From: Tubiluchus corallicola
Lineage: Eukaryota; Animalia; Priapulida
Assembly: GCA_030141605.1 (NCBI GenBank)
Contig: JAQGDQ010000457.1
Location: 62,001-126,000 of the forward strand
Length of the DNA: 64,000 nucleotides
Reading direction: 5' to 3'
Shown here in pieces: positions 45,901 through 55,600 of this stretch. Below the pieces are notes generated by a model, which made no database searches, had not been told where the DNA came from, and worked only from the letters and a program-made list of their open reading frames with translations. The stretch's first letter is position 1. Every line of letters begins with the position of its first letter. The position numbers were made by a program, and so were the translations under genes.

Positions 45901-48900
45901 CAGTTCTTTTTTTGTTCACTCATCCATTCTTTTTTTAACGGGTTCACATGACAGTGGGCTTATACAAGCCTTTGCTTCTCTAGCCCACTGCAGTACAATT
46001 ATTGTTTTATGATAACGATAGTGTATGAAACCTAACAATTTAATACAGTAGACGTAATAATTTTGATGTCACTGTGTGCTTAATGTCGTTATATTGTACT
46101 GAAAGTGATAATACTAATAAAAAAAAAATGTTGTTAATTGCAAAAAAAGTCGGACGAGGGTCACACATAAATCCCTATATCTCCAGCACAGTGAAATGTA
46201 CTGATGAAATGTTGAGCACATATATGTAAGTTCAGGTACAGACCTATTTTGAAGTATGCCGTTAAAGGAGGTTATATATACTACACATTAGTTATGTTTT
46301 TGCAGATATCAAAAACAAAACCCAAAAAAGAAAGAAAATCAAACAGAAACTTCTGAAATTCAAACTCTACAGCTATGAAGGTCTTGGTATTGCCGGAGCT
46401 GGGCACTCGGGGATGAGCTCCCAGTGACATACAAAGTGGCTCCAAAAGCTTGTGCAACTCTACCACCTCTGCCAGACAAACTCCTACACTTTGCCTCCGC
46501 GTGGTGACACTGGTTTTACTAAATGAGCTAAGTGTGAAAGCGAGCTATTGGTGTTACAACCGATAAAAATGCTTGCGGGATGCCCACACTGTATCTCGAC
46601 ACTAGACGGAGGAGCTGCACAAGCAGCCAACGGCTAGAGGGCGGAGGAGGTCAAGTGACCCAACGGTCATGTGTAGAGGAGTAAACCTTCCAAATCAGGA
46701 GTGGAGCTCCGAAAGCGGACCAGTGCAGCATACTCACTGACTCCGGCAGCTCCTGCAGTTATTTTGGTGCCAAACGTATTGTTCTGCTTTCCTTTGGACT
46801 ACACCTGGGAGGAAGAGAGGGGGTTCCTGATGTCTGGGCAACTCAGGATCTCCATATACCTTGCCCAGGTGTGCGCCTTGGAGAGGCCACTCCAGTGGTT
46901 CAAGGATCACACTGCTCAGTCACAGTCGACGCAGCAGCTCTATCAATTTGATCAATAACTGACTCTCTTGGCGCTCAATCCATTGTCTTTCGAGACAGAA
47001 GGATGCCAACAACAACAACAACAACAACAGCTACGAAAGCATACTTTCAAAATATCAAGTGATACCTACGTTCAGTTTTTAATGCATTTTCCAGCATCTC
47101 TCTGCATTTTAACCGCAGGGAATCTCCGGTTGATAACGACAAGCCTTCACTTAAACTAGCAGTTGTTGTCTGACCCGATTGTGGTGCATTCTGGGAAGTG
47201 TTTTGACTGCTGTCCCGACTGTCTCCGTCTTCGGCTTCTTTTGCCAACGAAACCAAAGAAGCGGTTGAAGCAGAATTTGGTAATGAGTAGTTTGCTGGTT
47301 GTTGTGCTGCATTTCCTACAATAGGCAAAAGCACCCTGGTTATTAGTACGTGCAGGCACTGGCTATGTAACAATGAAAAAAGCATTTGCTGACAAGAAAC
47401 AAGAAAGTACGGTATAAGTAAGGCAAACAAAACAACATTGTACTGACCCCAATGAGCTAGACATTAGACAGGAGTGACTAAGAAAAATGGCCGACAAGCA
47501 ATGGAACATGCATGGTACATCTTACCTGCTGAAAGTAATCTCTTCCACTGTTTAATGAGGGCTTTTGCTAACGTGCATACATCATCTTCTGAGCTTGCTT
47601 TCCTGACAGAATTCACTGCCATACCTATTCTTGTTTTCTGTAAAATTTAAAACACCAATACAAAGTTTCAGCTCAGCTTTAGGTTAATAACAAACAGTCA
47701 TAACTTATTCTTACATAACATGGGGCATAAGTTATATATACAGTGTTCCCTCACTTATCGCGGATGTTCCGTTCCAGGCCCACCCGCGATAAGTGAATTT
47801 CCACAAAGTAGGGACGCTATACATATTTTAGTAGTTATACATTATTTCAAGTCTTTATAAACCCTCCCCACACTCTTATACATAATCTTTTCCCATTCCT
47901 TTAATAACTTTTCCCATACTGTACACGTATCTTTTAAAAACTTTACTTAAATGTTCATAAAAATGTTTTAAACTCTTAAACATAGATACGTAATTTTAAA
48001 AACTTGATACGGTGCATCACATTTATGCAAAATTCATCAAACCGTACAATACGTACTACGCATGTGCAAAAATACTTTAGACGGACTACCGTAAAAACCC
48101 ACGAAACAGCGAAAATACCGCGATAAATATTTTACATTAATATTTTTGAAAACCCGTGAAACAGCGAGTCTACGATAAACGAACCATGAAGTAGTGAGAG
48201 AACACTGTATATGACTATATAATATATTGCACATGCACAGATTTAACCCACAGTGCACCTTACAGGTAGAAGTTATAATAGAATAATATCCAGGATCCAA
48301 GTATCACATGTAGCAACACATAGCCCTTCTTAACTAAAGTTTATATCTTTACGTAACTGTAAGCTTTAAAATATACTTCTTAGCTGCAACTGAAAGTGTC
48401 GTACAGTGATTTTAATGAATTCAAGGACTACTTTTTTACTTAGCTGCAATTGAAAGTGCCGTACAGTGGTTTTAATGAATTCAAGGACTACTTTTTTACT
48501 TGGCTGCAATTGAAAGTGCCGTACAGTGCTTCTAATGAATTCAAGGACTACTTTTTTATTTAGCTGCAATTGAAAGTGCCGTACAGTGGTTTTAATGAAT
48601 TCAAGGACTACTTTTTTACTTGGCTGCAATTGAAAGTGCCGTACAGTGCTCCTAATGAATTCAAGGACTACTTTTTTATTTAGCTGCAATTGAAAGTGCC
48701 GTACAGTGCTCCTAATGAATTCAAGGACTACTTTTTTAAAGAAGCAGATGCAACATTTTTGTCTCTAATTAAAAAAATACATTATAAGATTCACATTCGA
48801 GTACAATGATATGCCTGTTAAAATTTTTACGTTAAAATAGCCTTACAATTATGAAGTCAAATTTCGCACTTACTGTTTCAACTAAATAAGCAACCTTTCT

Positions 48901-50443
48901 GCAGCATTCGTAACTGATAAGACCTAACTGCCCATGTTAAACTGCCTTCGGACCTTCAGGCTGCAGGTATAGTTACTTCACAATAGCACTGCTAATTGCA
49001 AATAAAAAAATTGTCTAGCTACTTTATATGCAAAAGAAAAAACCTGTAGGATTTCTAGTGTAATTGGTAATCCTTGCAAAGCCTTCAGCAAATCCAAGGT
49101 GCCATCCTAAAAAACCCAGAACAACATTTCATCAAATTAGTCATCTAATATACAAATAGTATATAGGCCAAATTTACGCAAATTTATAATGTAGGTCCCA
49201 TTCTAGTTATAAAAGATAACTAACCAATTGTAAAAAAAGGGTTTTGTAGCCTTGTTGTACTTAATTAGGGTTACCATATTGTCTGAGTTGAAAAAGAGGA
49301 CACTTTTTCGCATACTTGTAAGTAGGCAAAAATGACCAGTCTAGGGTCTATTAAAACAATGTGTGCATCGCTTACTTTTGTTCAGTTAATATGTACACAA
49401 AGTTTTTACAAGGGTTGCATTTTGAGATGTTAGCAACATCTTGTACTGAAAATTAACGAGCTTTTCTTTGTCTCGTACTGTCGTACGCCTCTGCAGTTGG
49501 GAACGCCCGTACATACTTACCGATTGAGGCAAAACCCGGACAAACTGCCGGTTTTTTTGAAAACCCGTCCGGACAGAGGCCCAAAAAGAGGACGTGTCCG
49601 GGGAAACCCAGACGTATGGTAACCCTTTACTTAAACCAATAAGCCTCTTCTTTTGGTCAAATCTCAGCTTCAATAGAGAAGAAAAAAAGAGGAAAAAGGA
49701 AAGACTGACGTAGTTAGTAGACGACCAGTGCTGTCTAGCCTAGTGTTTCCAATAAATGTGATGTGCAATAAATAATAATTAAAGATGAACAAAAGTAAAC
49801 AGTACAGGCAAAGATGGAGAAGTTAAATTTTGAGGAATAATAGAATTCTAAGATTTGAGATCAATTTGGTCCAATCTTTCCCAAGTCGCCTTAGGTCGAC
49901 TTTCTCTGTAGCCTATTTACTAGCCTTTTCCATGTCACAAATCTACTTTGGATCAGAAGACGATCCAGGTCAACCAAAAAATGAACCTTTTCAAGTCGCC
50001 CAGTTGACTTTGGGCGATCGCAGGTGCTAAAACAATGCATTACCAAAATTTCAATAGACACATGATGCAGAAAAACACAAAAGAGTTAAATTTATTACTA
50101 AGTAATATACTCGTAAGTTAGTAATAACACCAAATGGTAGGCAAACTTGTTTGAGAAGTCTGAGGTCTAACCAATACTAGGCAATACATAGTCTTTGTGA
50201 GGGTCTCTCTTCATGTTTTTAAGCTGAAGTTTTTTTAGTTATTCTACTTTATCTAATCAAATCCCACAGATAAGCATAAACATTTCAGCAACATTCTTCT
50301 ATGCGTAAAGACTATTGCCATTCATTTCCATTTGAAAAATCACAGAAAATAACTTAAAAATATTCAATCCTTACAAAAGTTTTCCTTCCCACCATTTTGT
50401 CTAGTTTTTTGCCAATTCGCATAACATCATCTTCGCACCCCAT
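42974..50443 (-). CDS. TCEA1: Transcription elongation factor S-II (TFIIS)
   Basis: Exons 50375-50443 ([18 protein letters not shown]), 49044-49106, 47526-47637 (KTRIGMAVN...WKRLL), 47070-47315, 44898-45109 ([15 protein letters not shown]), 43904-44050 (EMAS...CGRC), 42974-43054 ([25 protein letters not shown]). The zinc ribbon and acidic DE hairpin are intact. Confidence 0.97.
43177..43595 (+). mobile_element. 5'-truncated RTE-clade LINE in the last TCEA1 intron
   Basis: [17 protein letters not shown]...[15 protein letters not shown]; (TAAG)n tail; TSD TGTAGAGCA. Confidence 0.75.
44462..44607. repeat. Two-copy tandem duplication (about 75 bp)
   Basis: AAAATAAGGGAGCATGATTACTC...CATAACTTCCCTAG occurs twice. 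Confidence 0.85.
46573..47029 (+). mobile_element. Same SINE body without the 5S head (possibly a different head at 46381-46572)
   Basis: Body from TTGCGGGATGCCCACACTG to GGATGCC(AAC)n matches the other copies; the sequence upstream is not 5S-like. Confidence 0.85.
47741..48207. mobile_element. Tigger/pogo-like MITE (partial sister copy at about 33208-33420)
   Basis: TIRs CAGTGTTCCCTCACTT / AGTAGTGAGAGAACACTG, TA flanks. Confidence 0.75.
48379..48737. repeat. 60-bp minisatellite x6 in a TCEA1 intron
   Basis: Unit TTAGCTGCAATTGAAAGTGCCGTACAGTGGTTTTAATGAATTCAAGGACTACTTTTTTAC. Confidence 0.95.
49266..49627. mobile_element. hAT-type MITE
   Basis: TIR TAGGGTTACCATA / TATGGTAACCCTT; 8-bp TSD TACTTAA(T/A). 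Confidence 0.78.
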
Positions 50444-50459
50444 TTAGCCAAATTTCAAT

Positions 50460-50760
50460 ACTAAGCAAATAAAAATAAATAATCACAAAAGAACAACTTT
50501 TTACAGCACTTATAATAAGCAAAGTGTGCTAAAATGGCGTAACAACAACTGAGACCAATGAACGTGCAGCTCGGTAGTTGGTGTCGCGGTGCGGGGCGAT
50601 ACATGTACTGTATTTCCCTGGCGGTGAATTTGTGAAAATTTTTCAATGTTTTTTCGTGAACTTGAATATAAGAATAATAAAAGTTCATGATAATTATTTT
50701 AATTATTCGCTGCGCTTAGGTAAACATACTAAGGCGTTGGAACGCCTTTGCAGGTTAGAT
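50460..50760. promoter_or_regulatory. Putative bidirectional promoter between TCEA1 and CCM2/ALPH
   Basis: CpG-rich patch immediately upstream of the TCEA1 ATG, with YY1-like AAAATGGCG (50531) and GC box GCGGGGCG (50591); divergent genes on either side. Confidence 0.5.
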
Positions 50761-51502
50761 AGTTTTTGGAAATTGTGCATAAAAAGTTAGGCTTAACCTG
50801 AGAAGTGTAGCGTGTTAGGTATACCTTGTGTTGGGCGCCGAGTAATCCACTAGCCGAAGTAGGACAATTGGCGTACATGGGCTAGCCCAAGTAGGACGTG
50901 TCGTACATGGGCTGCCCAAGTAGGGCACTAGAGACAGGTCGCGAATTGAGTTTTTAAGCTTACTGCACCGTCCGCTGCCCTTGTTTATGTAATAATAATA
51001 ACAATTAAAAACGTCATTACACGCTCAATAATTTATTATACACATCTGATAAAATAAAAGAATATAGATTTAGATATACACACCCAATATATATACACAT
51101 ACATATATACATATACTCATGCAGACGTGTATATATAACCACACACACTCATGCACATATACACATATGTACAAGAAGAAATTGTTTAATGCATCACATG
51201 TAGAAGATTGACAGCAGTGCAAATAATTGTACCTGTGTTTGTTGTTCTTCTGCCATTGCTGCTTTCTACTGCTAGTGAGCAATGCTTTATTGAATGATAA
51301 TCATAAATGGTAACGACTATCAATGAGAAAGAAAACAAGACAGTCAAGATGGTAGTTAGTAATTAAGAAAGAAGAAGAGATGATGAAAAGAAGAAAAAAG
51401 ATCTCAAGTTTATAAAGAAACAAATTTCTGGTAGCAGCTTCATTTTCATAGCTACTGTACTTTCTTGTTGGCCAAGTCATTTTTAAAGTTCATCTGTAAC
51501 TT

Positions 51503-51875
51503 TATTGTGTTTTGTTTCTCTCGGAAGGCTCGTAGAGAAAACCAGAAAACACGCCGTCAAATAAAACTAGTTTATTAAGCGAGAATTCTACAACACAAAA
51601 GTATGAAGGAATGCGAAATGAGTACAGTAAACGTGAAAATCTGGAAAACGTTTAAGTGTATTTGAAAATGTAAGTATACAAGAGAATGTGTAAGTATACG
51701 TCTGTGCGAGATCTGCGTGTTCCCTTGTTAGCGGCCTGCTTTGCCTTATATAGCGTACCCAAGAAGCTTCCAGAAGTTTTGTACTAGAACATTCCACACG
51801 GTAAGACGATCATTCCAACGGAACATTCTACAATGTTCTATGTAATTTTAATAGATGCCACCGATCTCCTCAACA
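51503..51875 (-). mobile_element. Solo LTR, second copy
   Basis: Homologous to 5545-5909; perfect 5-bp TSD AACTT. Confidence 0.82.
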
Positions 51876-52657
51876 AACTTCAGTGGGTAAAATCAGTAAC
51901 TTGCAAAGTCAGTCTGTTAGCAATGTTCTTTGTAGTTCTTGAGTTCAAGTTTTAAGTAGTCTTAAGGCTCAAAGGTATTTTTTAGGTCATTCACAACTCC
52001 AGTCTGAGTCTGAGTCCAGACTGATTTGAGTTGGATACTCTGCTTCCTAGTTTTTATCGCTTGATCTACTCTGAAGGGTTTTAAACCATAATTTGTTGGA
52101 TTTGGTTTTGCATTCCTATAAAGTACTAGCAGTTTAATAGAGCTGTGAAATGCTTCATTTAACCTACCGAGTTTGTTAATAATATGTCCAATGCTTGATC
52201 TACATGAGACTTGTTCCGCTCTTGTATTTTGCGTATATATTTATGTCTTTTGCAGCATGTTCATCTGTTCAATAATATGTTCATTGCTCACATTGCTTAG
52301 ATCTAAGTCAAACCCACCCACCCGCTTTGCTTTTTTTTGTAGATTTTTGCAGTGTGTTTTTCTGTTTGTTATTTCTTCGTTTAGTAAAATCCGGTATACT
52401 ACTGTACACATTACTTTATTTTTTCCATGTAAGTTTGTAGTTTGTATGGATTTGCATAGATTTGTATGTTTTAAAGTTCACGTAAGGTTTTGTAAAACAG
52501 CAAATGAATGTGGAGAAAAATCTTTTTATTTTGATTTTGTAGGTTATGTTTCACCATCCTTGCAAAGACTCCCCAAACTACCGTATACAATGATTTTGAG
52601 GACTTTTAAATCATAAAATCAATACAGAAACCGATGGGATAAATCAGAACACAAAAC

Positions 52658-55600
52658 ATGCAACAACTTGGAATGGAACGGAAGCATTTGCGCTCGTTTG
52701 ATCTAACGCCACCGGATTACCGGATTAATCCTCAAGCATTAACAGACGGATGTGTCGAAACAGAAATTCAGGTGTTACGTTGTGCTTTTAATTATGTAGT
52801 GCAGGGCCTTTCTCCTTTTAGGAACTTCTGTAAATAAGATTTCTGTATTCTTCAACAGTGAATTAACGATTTACTTGGCTTTGCAGCTATGTCACTGGTT
52901 TTGGCTGGGCTCTTGTCTTTCTTTTTTAGAAAGTCTGTGCCGTCACTTTCTAGTTCATTTTCGACAAAATCTGGCCTAGTACCACCACCACCAGTTTCGC
53001 ATGCAGTGGTGCCCGATCATGTGGTTACCAAGAAGAAATTGTTTGTCATCGGTGATGTCCATGGCTGCTTCGACGAGCTGAAAGAGCTGCTGCAAAAAAG
53101 TGGGGTGGAAAACAATACTTCCGTTGTTGTCATATTTGTGGGAGATTTGATTAATAAGGGACCAAAAAATCTAGACGTTGTGCAGTTCGTGATGAGCTTA
53201 GGGAAAGGTGCTTTAGCTGTGCGGGGCAATCACGACGAAGAGTCATTGCGCGAGTGGATGAAAATGACAAAAGATCCATCCTATGAGCTCCCCGAGCGTT
53301 ACCGATGGGTTGAAGAGTTGGGGCCTGATGAAGCCAACTTCTTGCTTAGCTTACCTTACACGTTACGAATTCCAGCTGCCGGAATCAGCGTAGTTCATGC
53401 TGGCTTAGTTCCAGGAAAATCAATAACTGAGAATAAACCATCTCACATAATGACCATGAGGAACTTGCTAGTGGGTGATTACTTTGGATATGATTATACG
53501 CCAACAAAGTCCATAACTGAAGGGTTGCCATGGGCGTCTTTATGGAGGGGACCAGAACACGTTTATTTTGGACATGATGCTAGAAGACGATTGCAGTTGT
53601 ATGAATTTGCTACTGGCTTAGATACCGGATGTGTCTATGGAGGAGAACTAACAGGAATTTTGCTAGACGAAAATGAAAAAACATTTTTTAGTGTCAAGTC
53701 CTTTAAAGAATATAAAGCTCCAAAACCACATAAGCAAGCATAATTTCAGTTTGTTGTTTTTTCTAATTTGCTTTTTTCTATGGGAGATGAAGCAAGCTAA
53801 CTAGTAAGTGTAGATTAGACTTCAAATGTAATGGTATTAAATGGTGTCAGCTTCTATGTCTTATCTGACCTTTTGATAGACTGTTTAGGGCTAGAAAACA
53901 CAAGCATAAAAAGATGTACATTCTTATTGTAGTTTCCTATTAAGTAATTGGTGCGATGCAGAGAATTATAAGATATAATCCGTAAGAAGTTCCTAGTAAC
54001 ATAAAAAGAACATTTTGCCAACTGTAAATAACAAACCTAAATTACATAACAGAGAATATTATTACCCCACTTTTACCCTACTCACCTAGTAGGGCAACAG
54101 CAGGTACCATTTTTAAAGTCTTAGTATGACTCAGACCTCAAAGGTGGAAAGGTCTGGTGTGAAAGTTTTTGGAAATCAGTTATTACTCAGCTTATGTAAA
54201 GCTGCCTTCACATTGTCTGTTGGCATCATGGCATGATAGCAAATATTGAAAAATGAAAACATTGAATTTCAGAAAGTTTTAGTATTTGTATTTTTCACAA
54301 AACGTGGACTGTAGTATTTGACATTTGTCATTTCATTTCCATATGTTTCACGACATTGAAAAATTATTTTTGTGCATAACAGCACAAAATGGAAGAAGGT
54401 GTGTTTTTGATGCAGTTTCTTGATGTATTTGAACTTTTCTTTGAGTTATAACATTCGTCTGGCATCTATAACACTCAAACAACAGGAAAAAATGATTCTT
54501 AAATCAATAAATTTTGCTTTAATTGACTTGTGGATGCAGATCTTTGGAACATTTTTGAATGAGAACCATGGACATTTTTTCTTACTTGTTTGATAGGTTA
54601 TGAGACAAACCTTAAGAAAAAAATTATGTTCTTTAATAATGTTGCATATTTTTGAATTTGCGTTTTGTCATACAATTTTGGTGCTTTTTGACATACTGTG
54701 GTTTTTTCAGAAGTACAGTAGACACAGATGTCTCTTATTATTTATATTGTTAATGTGTAAAATTGTCACATGTTGCATTTGATATACGATCTTAGCTTTA
54801 TGTAATTCAGCCGTGTAACACAAAGTTTAATCTTGTTTCAGTTTGCAGGCATTGTTCCAAATATTGCTATGCACTTAGATCCTACCAACAGAACAGACAT
54901 TCTAAAGTTTATTGACAAAGCAAAGGTATATTTCTATTGTAATGTAGTTTTGCTGTAAATTAACTGCTTAATCAAGCAGACAGTTTAATTGCCTAACAAG
55001 AGCCATCCAAATATAATACTTTTGCAATGTCGCTTACAAAGAAGAAGGATTGATTAGCTTTTTGCTTGCTTTACTACTTGATTCACTTAATTGCTGTCTT
55101 TAAGGTGACCTGAGGTGACCTTATCGTGGGTGACCTCGATAAGAGGGTGGCTGACCTCGATAACTTATAGTTCTTTCGCCACCCTTTCACCACTAATCAA
55201 TAATTACTTTTGCACTTTGTAATATTATTGTATGTTGTACAGATTTACAAATCTCTTAGTTATGTATTTTGCTATTTTAAAAATGGTGATAAATTAATAA
55301 ACTTACTTACTTACTTACTTACCTTAAAGAGAAATTTTTAATAAACTGATTTTTTAACTTAAAGACTGATGTTCTTGTTTTTTTTGTTGTAGAAGCAAAC
55401 TTTCTTGCCATATGAAACAACGTCGGAGCATCGAGCAGTTCTTAGCCTGAGCGCTTACAGTCTCATAATTTTGCGACGAAATCCGGCTGAGGTGACATCA
55501 TATGAATAAAATTTGTTTAAAGGAAAAGTTGTCGCTTTTACTTGAGCTAATTTAAACAAATGATAAAAATACTAGCGGCATCTCGTGGTTACTTACCGTT

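Noticed and set aside
52658-53743. In-frame CCM2-phosphatase fusion protein
   Set aside because: The donor at 52771 is phase 0 and the acceptor at 52886 needs phase 1; the join stops after about 30 codons, and unspliced readthrough also meets a stop.
52889-53743. Bacterial contamination or recent horizontal transfer of the phosphatase
   Set aside because: It sits inside a coherent host intron, has a spliceosomal acceptor and its base composition is like the neighbouring exons; ApaH-like genes are known in eukaryotes. An older origin cannot be judged without a phylogeny.
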